Origin: the human T2T-CHM13v2.0 reference genome, Homo sapiens | Direction: 5' to 3' (one strand) | Assembly: GCF_009914755.1 (NCBI RefSeq) | Contig: NC_060935.1 | DNA: 64,000 bases | Shown here: piece by piece, positions 23,230-35,397 of the stretch | How positions within the stretch are numbered: position 1 is the first letter of the stretch | How the letters are laid out: the number at the start of each line of letters is the position of its first letter | Notes under the pieces: model-generated | Told to the model about the DNA's origin: nothing | What the model saw: the letters and a program-made list of their open reading frames with translations, nothing else | Databases searched by the model: none | Position numbers and translations under genes: made by a program

Positions 23230-24645
23230 CAGGAAGCCAAGCCCTCCTCTCTGATGCTGAATCCCAGCCCCCTTCTCCCACTCAAGGGCGTTGATCGAAA
23301 CCTTTGTCTCCTTTCCCTCCAGAGTCATCATTCCCCCTTTATTTAATCATCTTCTTACAAATATGCTGTAATATCTCTAACTTTTTTAAAATGGAGAAGC
23401 CTTTCTCATGTTTGTTTTCCTCCTGCTATACCTCCTTTGCTGTGTTCTCTTTTACAGAACTCAGAAGAGCTGTCTCTCACTGTCTCCTTCATCTAGACAA
23501 ACGCATTTCCCTTCATTCCGACACTCGGTAACCCACTTATTCTGGTTTTGTCTCAAATCTAAAAATACGCCACTGAAACGGCTTCTTCCTAAATTACCAA
23601 TGACTCCATGTTGACAAATCCAATGGTCAACTCCTTGTTGACACAAATGGCCAGCTCTTCTGTTTGAACGCCTTCTTCTCTTAGCCTCTGGGAGAGCAGT
23701 CTCTTACGGGTCTACTCTTACTCACAGCTACTCCTTCTCCATCTCCTTTGCTAGTTCCTCCCCATCTCTATTATTCCCAAATGTTGGAGGACCTCAGGGC
23801 TTCTCCGAGCTGTCTACATTCACTGCCTAGGTGATCTTACTTAGTCCCATGGCTTTCATTCCACCCGCATGCTGAAGTCTACTTCCTTGCTGGGCATTTC
23901 CATTTGAACATCTCTTAGGTTTCTAAAATGTAACTCATCCACAGCCAACTCCTGCCTTCACCACACAGCCCCTCCCGCTAGATCCTGTCAAAATCATCCC
24001 TATCTCAGCCAATGGCAACTTATCCTTCCTTTTGCGACTTCTAAGGCCACAACCTTAGAAGTCATCCCTGATGCCTTTCTCTAATACTTTATCTTTCAAT
24101 CTTTTATCCAGAAAATGACCACTTCTTACAACCTCTGCTGCCCCCACCCTGGTCCAAGACAGCATCACCTTGCATCTGTTGAGGCTCCTGAGAGACGCCC
24201 TGCTTCTTCCCTGCTTCAGCCTCTTCTTAACCCAGTGGCCACAGCCATCCTTACGCAATGTAGCAATGTCAGTTGGATCTGATCGCTCCTCTGTCCAAAC
24301 TTCTGATGGCTTAGGGTCAGGGTGTGGTCCCTCTGCCTCTGATTTCAGCTCCTACTCATCCCCCTTTGACTCATCTGCTTCAGCTGAACTAACCTCCTTT
24401 CTCAAGCCAACCTGCAGGCTCCCTCTTCAGCTTCTTGGTCCTTACTATTTTTCCTGCCTCTTGACTTTGTCTTATGTTTCTTCATTGAACTTATTGCCTG
24501 ACACAGCATATATTTATTTGTAAATTGTCTGAGCTCCCACTTGAATGTAAACTCTTTGAGGGCAGGGGCTTAATGTGTTTGTCCACTACTGTATCTCCAG
24601 TGCTCAAAATAGTAGGTGCCAAATAAATATTTGCTGAGGGGATGA
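23230..24645 (+). mobile_element. L2 LINE 3' portion
   Basis: aaatccaatggtcaa, agtcccatggcttt, aatggcaac...gtcatccctga, ending gaatgtaaactctttgagggcaggg...tagtaggtgccaaataaatatttgctga. Confidence 0.9.
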
Positions 24646-25004
24646 ATTTAGACCTGGTGAGACTCTGCAGTCCTTGCCTGTCCCACCAGCCCTCACGGCA
24701 GTGTTTGCATGCAGGAGATGCCATGTTTGCATGGTGGGGCTGTATCTGCCTGGCTCCCTAGTGATATGAAGTTCTAAATTCCAATGAAATCTCAAATCCC
24801 TCAAAGAAAGATTTTACCACTCTGGTTAAAAATCAGACCTAGAGGAAATATGCTAGATTGCAGGGTGTATCTAAGGAAATAAAAGCATTAGGTGGGTGAA
24901 AAATTGCAAAAAACAAAATTACTTTCAACTTAGATCTGAGGAGTTTAAATTAGTTCACTCCCATGCCCAGTGTAGGTGAAGACATTCACCACCCAAACAC
25001 AGAC

Positions 25005-25103
25005 ACTCTTGAGAGCGAATGAGAGTTATAATTATCATAGTTATGTTAGGGCTGCAGGCACAAGCCAAGACTGTCCTAGGCAAACCAGTTATGATCACCC
25101 TCA
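25005..25103. mobile_element. MER94-like (hAT-Blackjack) fragment
   Basis: ttatgttagggctgcaggcacaagccaagactgtcctaggcaaaccag..atgatcaccct resembles the MER94 terminus. Confidence 0.5.
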
Positions 25104-25422
25104 TGAGAGAGAAAGGAATTGGCTTGTGGCTGGGCCAGGGCACATGCAAATGACGCTGTAGGGCTGGCATTGAAGAGGAAGCCTGGGAGAAGGTGGGAGA
25201 AGATAGCGAGGGGACCTGGAGGAGAGGAGTGTCCAGGAAAGGGCAGAGAGCAGGAAGATCTGGAGTCATACATTAAAGGGCAGGGGCAGGGAACAGTCTG
25301 GGAGAAAGGTCTATTTCATGTGCTTGAGAGAGGGGAGAGAGAGAAACTGGGATTCCTAGGGAAGAAGCTAATTGGGCACCAGCCGAGCTGGCAAGGGAGG
25401 TAGCCCTGAAATGAGAACAATT

Positions 25423-25437
25423 TTGGCTGAGAGCCAA
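25423..25437. promoter_or_regulatory. perfect NFI palindromic site
   Basis: TTGGC-TGAGA-GCCAA equals the consensus TTGGC-N5-GCCAA. Confidence 0.45.
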
Positions 25438-25610
25438 AGTGTTTTCTGAGACAGACTGAATGAGAAACAACATGGTGATTTGGAAAGAACTTTGAGACTA
25501 GATTGACTTAGTCTCAAATTCTGGTGCTCATTCGCTTTGACTGTGGGGATGACACTGCTTGTGCTTAGCCTCAGTTTCCACAAGACAGCACCTTCCTTAA
25601 AGAATCATGA

Positions 25611-25906
25611 GGCCGGGCATGGTGGCTCATGCCTGTAGTCCCAGCACTTTGGGAGGCCGAGGTGGATGGATCATCTGAGGTCGGGAGTTCGAGACCAGCT
25701 TGACCAACATGGAGAAACCCCGTCTCTATTAAAAATACAAAATTAGCTGGGTATAGTGGTGCATGCCTATAATCCTAGCTACTCGGGAGGCTGAGGCAGG
25801 AGAATCGCTTGAACACAGGAGGCAGAGGTTGTGGTGAGCTGAGATGCGCCTTTGCACTCCAGCCTGGGCAACAAGAGTAAAACTCCGTCTCAAAAAAAAA
25901 AAAAAA
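25611..25906 (+). mobile_element. AluSp SINE inserted in a MIR
   Basis: Sp diagnostics ggtcgggag and tgaccaacatggagaaacc; TSD agaatcatga; MIR sequence on both flanks (about 25470-25990). Confidence 0.96.
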
Positions 25907-26339
25907 TAGAATCATGAGGAATAAATAAGATAACACATGCAAGACATCTAACACAGTGCATGGCACAGAGTAGGTGCCTCTCTGGCAATAGCAAAGAAGC
26001 CTGCTCAAGAGGACAGAGATTGAAGGCCAAGGCTTCATTTTGGATTTGCAGAGAGAAGTCAGGGGATGAGCTTGAGCCCCCATAACTGCGCTCTCCCCTA
26101 GGGTCTGGCAAGGAGGCCTTGATACTGAAGGAAGGATGATAACAGGGTGTGTTGGAGGGACAGCTGCAGCTTCACACCTGTGAAGAGCCATCTGGGTCAC
26201 CAGCACGGTCCCTGACATAGGACAGCTCCATGTGGCTGATACTGGGATGGTGCCTCACAGTCAAAAAGCCTCACAGTCCAAAAGCCTTTTTGTGTTCCAG
26301 AACCATTTGTGAGTGCTCTGGTCAGAAGCGAAGGGTTCC

Positions 26340-27210
26340 CATGGAAGTCCTTCCCTGTGAACAATGTCAGGACCCCTTAGCATGGCAGTCAAGGCTCCCA
26401 ATGATATGTCATAATTTCCACTTCCAGCCTTGTCTTCTGTCTGTAACTCTACTGTATATACCTCATGATCCTGCCAAACTGTTCCTCAAGCACCTGCTGT
26501 CACTTCTCTCCTCCATCCCAATCTATCTGCCTGAAAACATCCTGTTTCCAGTCATCAGCCCTTGGCTGACACTTGAACATGGCAGAGTCATTCCACCCCC
26601 AGGGGTCTGGACTAGCTGTTCCCTCTTCCCAAAAGGCCCTTCTCCTGGCCATCTGCATGGTTCACTCCCTCACTTCCTACAGGAAGTCTCATTCACCTTT
26701 TGGGGATTTTTTTCCCTACTGAAATTTGAAGCCCTTTCTCCAACATTTCTTGTATGTATTTATTTATTCCTGATTTATGTTTTCTGTTTAGCTCTTCTGA
26801 CTATCTAACTTACACCGTATCAGGGGTTGGCAAACGATGGCCCTTGGGGCCAAATTCAGTCCACTCCCTGTTTTTGTAAATAAAGTTTTATTAGAACACA
26901 GACATGCTTACTCATTTATGTATTGTCTATGACTACTTTCATGCCACAATGGCAAAACTGAGTAGTTGCAAAAAAGACCACAAGATCTGTAAAGACTGGA
27001 ATGTTTACTGACTAGTGATTAGCCTTTTCCAGGAAAAATGTGCTGAGCCGTGCTCTAACTCATGCATGTCATGTACTTTATGTCTTCCCCACTAGAATGT
27101 AAGCTCCGTGTGGACAAGGATTTTTGTCTGTCTTCTGAATTACTGCATTCCCCGTTATCTGGGAAAACAACTACTCAGTACATATCTGTTGGATGAATGA
27201 ATGAATGTTG
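26340..27210 (+). mobile_element. L2 fragments, split by MER58A
   Basis: atctgcatggttcactccctcacttcct; tgtcttccccactagaatgtaagctcc...tgttggatgaatgaatgaatg tail. Confidence 0.85.
26821..27052 (-). mobile_element. MER58A
   Basis: caggggttggcaaacgatggccc...tgtttttgtaaataaagttttattagaacacag...gagtagttgca. Confidence 0.93.
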
Positions 27211-29093
27211 AAAATTCTATTCATTGGCAAGGCCTAGCTCAAATATCACTTTTCAGGAAGCACTCCTTTGCATCATGGTGATTTCCGCACGAAATCTCAT
27301 TTCTCTTACTAGATGGTAAGCTTCAAGCGTCACCTCTATCATGAAACTATCCTTTGTCTCCCACGGTGGAATTGGCCTTTCTTCATCTATTCCTCTTACA
27401 GTCTTCTGTGGCTGCACATAGTGTACGGTAGGTATTGCGGTATTTGACACATGTTGGACTCTCCACTTGACTGAGATTAAGTGGGTAGGGACTGTGGTTT
27501 GTTCGTCTCCGTCCCAGGCATCTATCTCAGAGCCTGCAGCCCTGACACATTGCAGGTACTTAGCATACAGAGCTGGATTTCCCCCACTGAAACCTCCACA
27601 GCCCTCCTAGCAGAGACAGACACACTTTTAGTAGGGGCTAAGCTATGTTTGTGGAGTAGAATGAAAGGCAAAGGGAACAGTGCTGAGCCAGAGAACACAG
27701 CATTAGTGGGAGCTGTGGAGAGGAGGCTAGAAATAGGCAAAGAAGGGAGGGGACAGGCTCTGTTTCATTTCACTCTACCATAAAGAGGTAACAATTTAAA
27801 AAAATCAACTCTCCTCAGCCTCCAGACACACATGCTCTGTGGCATCATTAAGCAGCTGGTGCCAACATTTACCTCACACCTCCCTTAGTAGGCAAGAAAG
27901 CATTTCCTAAACCCTTCTCCTCTATGCTTTTAAAATAAAGGCCTTAGTGGATCTCAACTTCAGCAAACAGAACATTTTCTACTTTTCTATACTGTAAGAT
28001 TTTTGAAAGCAGTGACTGTGTCATTCTTTTATATTCCTAGTACCTAGACCATGATGACATAATAATAGATGCAGAATTAATTTTCATTGAGTTACATAAA
28101 TGATACAATATGAAAAGAGAAGGGAAGAAGGAAAGATGGAAGGAAAAGACTTGCACAGATGCTCTTTGTGACTCAGAACTTTGGAAAAAGTCCAACGAGC
28201 AACAAAATACTCAAAATACTTTAAATGAAGGTAAAAACCATCATTGTTTTCTCTCTGCCTAGGGTTTTTAGGAATTTTCTTCTATTCAAGATCATAATTG
28301 CAGAAAACTAGACCAATGATCTGATTGCTTTCATAAGCTCCATGATGATTAAAAGAAGTGTAGGCAGCTCCAAGGCCACACATGAAAAGAGAAATGCTGA
28401 GGCTGTTCCATTTGAGCCTTTTTGTCTTGCTTGGCTCTTTGTCAAAACCAAGTCTCCTTCTGGAGATAGAGATGCAGATCACCACCTACCCCAACTGTTC
28501 CCACTTGACTTAAGAGACAATGTGGGGAAGAACATCACCCCCATTTCAACCTTCAGAGGCAGGTTGCTTCTGCCACGGCAAGGAGAAGATCACTTTCTGT
28601 GTAAGATTTCTGATTCCTGTCTCCTGCAGGTTGGTTCATTTTCTTTCAAACACCTGTGCTGTAATATGCTAACCTGATCCTAAGACAGGCCCCAACTAGT
28701 ACACACGCAGATCCATGCACACCCACACACATGCACATGCAGACTTATTGTCATAGCTTGTATCTCTTATGGACAAGATGCAGAGTGAGTGAGCCAGCAG
28801 ATGGACACCCTGGAGGTTCGGAGCCATGTCACTCCCTATCAGCCCTCTCCAAACATCCAGGCAGGATCTGGGAGGGACTGCCCTTGAGATGGGTGGGCTC
28901 CATGAATTTCCAGCTGAAGCAACACGTTTCTGTCCCCAAGGGATGAAGAAGTTTCTTCAGCTGCTCTGTAGATATGTCATGTCGAGATTGAATTCAGGTA
29001 TAGTTTTAGCTGCCTTCCTTCTTGAAACTTCCCTCTCCCCGTTTGAATTCCAATGAGGCATCTTTTGAATGCTGAGATTGGGAAGCAAGACTG

Positions 29094-29183
29094 AGACCTG
29101 CTTATGGGCCAAGGGTTCTTAGTATTAGATAAGAGTCAGGATTATTAGACCTGCCTATGGGCCAAGGGTTCTTACTAATAGAT
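29094..29183. repeat. 37-bp direct repeat, period 53 bp
   Basis: agacctgcttatgggccaagggttcttagtattagat vs agacctgcctatgggccaagggttcttactaatagat (3 mismatches). Confidence 0.92.
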
Positions 29184-29239
29184 TTTGAATAACCATAAAA
29201 ACAACTTTCCTGCATTCCTCTTTATCATAGATCAACTTG

Positions 29240-29420
29240 TCAGTTAGTCATTCACTTAATGAGTATTTATTGTACCTTGACTTTGTGTCAGGTAGTGTGC
29301 TAGGTGCAGGAGTAGATATTCTTATTTCTGTTCTTCAGATGAAGAGACAGAGGTTCAGAGAGGTGAGGGGTTTCAGTGGAAAGTGGCCGAGTCAGGAATC
29401 AAAAGCCTGTCTTCTGGTGC
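29240..29420 (-). mobile_element. L2 tail / MIR fragment
   Basis: cattcacttaatgagtatttattg...cagatgaagagacagaggttcagagaggtga. Confidence 0.75.
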
Positions 29421-30734
29421 CTGCTTAATGGGGTTTTAACCAATGTGGGTATTAGGTGAGAGGTGGCCAGGAGAAGGCAGGACATTAGGGGTTATTTCTT
29501 AAGCCTGTGGGTAACCACTGAGGCAGCAGGCCAGAAAGTCACGTGACCCAGTGTGATGTATGGGAGAGGACAGCGTGGTGCCTCGTATGCCATGAAGAAT
29601 TAATCTCAAGGAGATGCTAGTGAGCTCCAGAGACTTAGCATCAGTGCCAAGAGATCAAAGATATGATATCTCTGGCAGAGTGCGCTATCAGGAGCGATCA
29701 AAGCAAAACAAAAGGGTTCATTTCAGTGCCCTGTGCATTAGTTGCCTGACTTGTTGACTCTGGGCACAAAGGAAGCAGTCATGGTTTGGAAATGGTGCTA
29801 ACACCCGCATGGGCATTTCTTTCTTGACATCTCCATACATCTCATTGTTGCCTGTCCATAAACAAAAACATTATCATGCCCATGGGTTTGCCCCCGCTCA
29901 TCCCCAAGCTGGCTGTCCCCGTTTTCTTCTGAGTGTGTTTGTGTGCTCAGTGGCTTTCCTGCCTTCCTTGGATGATGGTGGTAGAGGCCATCCTTGTCTG
30001 GAGGAGGCCTGTCAGGGTGCACTGCTGCAGGCTGGACCCTGAGCCCGCTCTGCCCTCGCTGCAAGGCTGCTGCTGGGGTGGATGTGCGGGGCTGGTGGCG
30101 CTCTGTGGCCTGGGTCCAGTCTGCACAAAGGCAGGGCCAGGGACTACAGAGAGCATGGGGGGAGGCATCAGGATTGGCCACCAACTCACTGAGGGACTTT
30201 GTCAAGTTGCTTCCCCTCGCTGAGTCTCAGTTTCCTTATCTGTAAATCAGGCAGTTGGTCTGTGTCAGTAACTTTCACCCCCAGCTTCTCTGGTGATGTA
30301 AGTTTTCCAATCAAATTATAATAACCCAAATAGAGGAGATGCCCCATAAATACTTCTTGAATGAATCAAAGCAAATCTATAAAGATAAGCATGGAAACAT
30401 GTGGACTGCAGTGGACAGGGCCCTGGAGAACGCCCTTCTGAGTGCCTTCCCTCCATTCTAACCCCCTGCGTCCCGAAGTGGGTCTCTAAGGCCCTTCTGT
30501 GGAACCCTAAGGCTCCACTGAACCCAGCTTGACAACCACAAATATGGACTTTCTTGTTTCTTAAAGCTCTGACATTCAGTGATTCTAGGGGAACTATTAA
30601 GTCTCAAATCCCTTACAAATTAATGAAAGATCTCTGACATATTTTCTAGAATTTTTCCTCAGAAATTTCCCTGGACTTCTCTGGGGCTATCCTGTTGGCT
30701 TTATGAAAAAGTCTGAACTACACAAGATGCCTCC

Positions 30735-31037
30735 TTTTTTTCTTTTTAGATGGAGTCTCCCTCTGTTGCCCAGGCTGGAGGGCGGTGGCATGACCTTGGC
30801 TCACTGCAACCTCCTCCTCCTGGGTTCAAGCGATTCTCCTGGCTCAGCTTCCTGAGTAGCTGAGATTACAGGCATGCACTGCCACGCCTGGCTAAATTTT
30901 GTATTTTTAGTAGAGTTGGGGTTTCGCCATGTTGGCCAGGCTGGTTTCAAACTCCTGACCTCAAGTGATCTGCCCACCTCGGCCTCCCAAAGTGCTAGGA
31001 TAACAGGTGTGAGCCATGTGAGCCACTGCGCCCAGCC
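30735..31037 (-). mobile_element. AluS SINE
   Basis: Full antisense Alu; TSD acaagatgcctc (30722, 31038); local 9-nt duplication gtgagccat/gtgagccac. Confidence 0.97.
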
Positions 31038-31039
31038 AC

Positions 31040-31520
31040 AAGATGCCTCTTTATGAGAGGATCCAGTCTACCTTTCCAGCTGTTTTTTCCCACTCCTATC
31101 ATTTCCCTTCTCCTAGCAAAACTCTGTATTGGCCTACACATGCCAATGTGTTGAGCATGCCATGCGTTCTTGTGCCCTGCATCTTTGCTTTTGCCATTCC
31201 TTGTGCTATTGCTTTTCCACTTTCTTCCTGCAAAACTCCTATTCATCCTCTAAGACCTGGCTGTGATGTCCTGGCTCTTGAATGGTTCTACCTCTCACTC
31301 ACTCACACAGGGAGGTCAGCTGCTTCTTTCTCTGAGCCGCCTTACCCTCTGGGACACGCCTCCAGCACAGATTTCCGCGTAGCCTACCTTCACTCATCTA
31401 GATACATCATCTTCCCTGGCAGATGGAGTGCTTCTGAAAGGCAGAGACTTAGCTTTGAATTCCCAGTGCCTAGCATGGAGCCTGGTCCATAAAAACCACT
31501 CCATCCATGTTCATGAAATG
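31040..31520 (+). mobile_element. L2 3' fragment
   Basis: gcaaaactcctattcatcctctaagacc...tcccagtgcctagcatggagcctgg. Confidence 0.75.
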
Positions 31521-34500
31521 ACTGAGAAACAGCAAGGGCTCCTGTGCACTTGGGTGTGGCTCCAGAAGAGGCAGCTTCTGTGGCTATTCCCCTTGGAGGC
31601 CGGCCGGCCACTCTCCCTGCACAGAGCAGGCTGGCTTCGCCATCACAGGCTGCTTCTCAGAAGCTCAGCTACCTCTCCTTCCTCACCTCCCAGACCCCTC
31701 GGAAAGTGTTCCCCACCAGAAATGTCTTTTTGGTGGCCTCAACCTGAGAAGGAAGGCTACAGAGCTTACAGATTTAAACTTAAATGCATAAACAATTCAC
31801 AGTGGTCCCCTGGCTTAGGCTGAATCTCAACTTGGAGGACTTGGTGTCCATGGTAAGTCTGGAGGCCTGAAGGTGGGAGGCGCTCAGCTGTCTGCAGCAG
31901 CTGTACCCTGCACCCTGCCCAGCAGGCATTTCCCTGCTACATGGCTCTCCTCCCAGCTCCCTCGGGGGGGTCTGGCCCTCCCACCCTGGGTGAGCTGCAT
32001 TTTTGTGGTCCTCCTTCTTCTAATCTCTCTGCCTGCCTCACAAAGTGAAGAATTCGATTTTCTTCCCAAAGAAAATCAGATTTGACTTAGCTCCATCCAT
32101 TTTCACAATTGCTACGGAAACGCTGTCTCTGTGAGGACAAAAGAACTAAACGAAGGACTTTCAGTGGGGGAATGAGCACGTGGACACAACTGTGCCTCAG
32201 TGAGAATCCCTTGCAGACCTGGGAGAGACATCTGCAGGCAGTGGGATGCGGATCAGAAGCCCTGGGTCCCCAGAGTCCAATGATGAGGAGACCCGGAGGG
32301 AAGGAATTGGCTTGAAGTAGGGCTGTCTCGGGGGTGAGCATTTCTCCCGCAGCCCCACACCCAGCAGCTCTGAGAGAAGCCAGAGCCTCCTGATGCACCT
32401 GGCATGACACTGGGACAAAGGCAATCCATTATGTGACTGGTATATCAGAGTCACAGAGGGGCTGGGTGCAGCAGGGTAAAGAGGCTGCAAGGTCACAGAT
32501 GGACAAGGTGTGGCTGTCACAGCTGTGGTGGCTGGCCCCATGAAATAATTGGGACACCAGGAGGGGCAGGGTCAGAGGACCTCTAAATAGCTCTGTAGTC
32601 TTGGGTGAGTCACTTGAAGCCCCCAAGCCTCAGCTTTCCCATCTGCAGACCAGGGAGAAATATCACCTACCTGGTGGGGTGTCCTGGGGCTCAGTGTTCT
32701 CCCGTGGCATGCTGCACATGCCTCTACTGTGCATGAGAGTGTGTGTCCCACCTCCCACCGTGTTAAAGCATGTTGACCATGGGTGTGCTTTCCCACAGGA
32801 GTGTAGGCTTCCAGAGCAGGAAGGGGTGCATCTTACTCACTGCTTTATTCCCAGGGCCAAGCACCCTGCCTGGCCCCTGCGGAGCTCAGGGTGTCTGATC
32901 ACCTGAGTGAGATGATGTTGGTTAGAGTGCTTGCCACCTGCTGCACACAGGAATTAGCTTCCAGGCTGAAGTGGGGCCAGTGTAGGGCCCACAGGGACCT
33001 GGACCACCTTGACTCTTTGTATAGGGAGGGGAAAGGAGGCAGGAGAAGCCCTGAGTACTTGTCAGTGGAGTGAAGCCTGTTAAGCTTTAAGCGGGAGGAT
33101 TCAGTTCAGTAAGTAACTTCGTCCCCTGGGAGGGCCCCCAGGTCCCTTCTGTGTTGGCTCCATGGCCTCTCTTCTCTTCTGCATTAATTCAAGTGAGGAA
33201 GGCCTGAGCTTGCCTCCCTGAATTCCCTGCACCCCACAGACGCTGCCCCATTCTCAAGGTGCCATGTGTAATCAGGAAGCAGACGCTATCCAAAGCTTTC
33301 GGGGCAGAGGGAGGAGGGCAATGGCTGGGCAGTGGGCTGTCCTGTTGCTGAGGAGACCTTGAGGAGGAGGCTTTTGGGGCAGGCATGCCTGTTGCAGGCT
33401 TGGAGTGGGCCCTGGGGAGGGGCAGTACCCTCTAGGCCAGAAAACACAACTGGGCCATCTTCCCTCATCTCTAGCAGAATGGCTGCCTCCTTAGTCCAGA
33501 CTGAGTCCTGTGGAATGTGTGGTTGGAGCAAAAAGATGAAGAGTGAGTCTAAGAGGTCATGAAGAAGGACAGACCCAGTAGACTGTGGCTCAGCCTTTCT
33601 TGGGAAGCAGACTTCTAAGAAACAAGCACGCTGGCTTAACAACAAATCTAATTCTTTTAGGGAAAAGAGGTAGTGCATGGATAAAATGTGGAAAGATATA
33701 GAAGAAGAAACAGGAAGTGGAGCCTGGTGAGGAACAAAAGGTGTCACAAGGCTCATTTTAGGGACATATTGCAGGAGAGACAGGAAATTGAAATTGGCGC
33801 CATTCTTCTAGATTGCCCAGAGTCCTCCAGAGTCACAGGGGGAGTCAAAGGGTCAATAGGTGCTTCTCCTTTGCAGCCTCAGGGAGTGATTACCTGCAAT
33901 ATGCCAGGGTACTGTCCCTGTAAACAATGAGGCTGGAAGGCAAGAAAGGAGCAGCTCCCTGGCATTTTGCTGCTGGAGCACGGAAGCAGTGCTGGCCAGG
34001 AGCTCACAGGTGGGTGTGAACCTGGGGACCCTCCGTAGATACTCATGGGGCCCCGGGCACTCCACTGGACAGGTGAAAAGCTCACAGCTCAGGGTCCCCT
34101 GCTATTTTATGAGCTTGGGAGGTTTCTGTGTCCAGAAGCACAATGGAGGGAGCCCCTGATCATAATCACTAAGAGCACACCATGTTTGCTGCTTTTAACT
34201 GTTTCCAAATCCTTCTAGTTCATAGGCTCCTCTGCTCCTAAACCAGTCCTTTGAGGTATCTGGCAGACAGTTTTCTGCCCTTCCCTTCCTTGACATTTCT
34301 GTGACATTTGGCTCTGTGACGGCTTCCTTCTTCAGGAAACTCTTTTGTTGTCTTATTTCTGGGACACCCTCCTCCGGAGTTTCCATTCCCTCTCAGTCCC
34401 CGTCCTGACTCTCATTCCTGTCCCCAGCCACTTAAATGTTGATGTCCCTAGGTTCTATCCCCAGCCGTCTTCTCATTCAGAATTCCCCTCCTCAAAGTAG

Positions 34501-34859
34501 ATTCATCACTCCCAGAGACATTTACATCACGTCTCCACTTAGCCCTTGGCCCTGGCTCTCAGCCCCGCAGAACCCACTGCCGACTAGCCCCATCCACATG
34601 GGGGCCCACAGGCCCCTTGAGTGTGACACGTCCAAATGAGTTACTCACCTTCTCCTCCCTCTTCTCATCATCTCTGCACCATCAACATCCCCTAATTGTC
34701 CACCAGAAATCAGGGAACAATCCTGGCCTCCACCCTCTCCTCACCCTATACGTCTGGTCAATCATGCCTTCCTCTCAACCTGACTCCTACAGGTATCTTC
34801 AACCTGTGCCCATTCTCGCAGCTCTGAGCTTATTCCATACTACATAAGTTTGCTTAGAC

Positions 34860-35397
<538 letters not shown>

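Noticed and set aside
26230-26808. 192-aa ATG ORF
   Set aside because: Runs largely through pyrimidine-rich L2 remnants, has Leu/Pro/Phe-biased composition and no recognisable domain.
29094-29183. CRISPR-like repeat-spacer-repeat
   Set aside because: Only two units with a 16-bp spacer, eukaryotic context, no cas genes.
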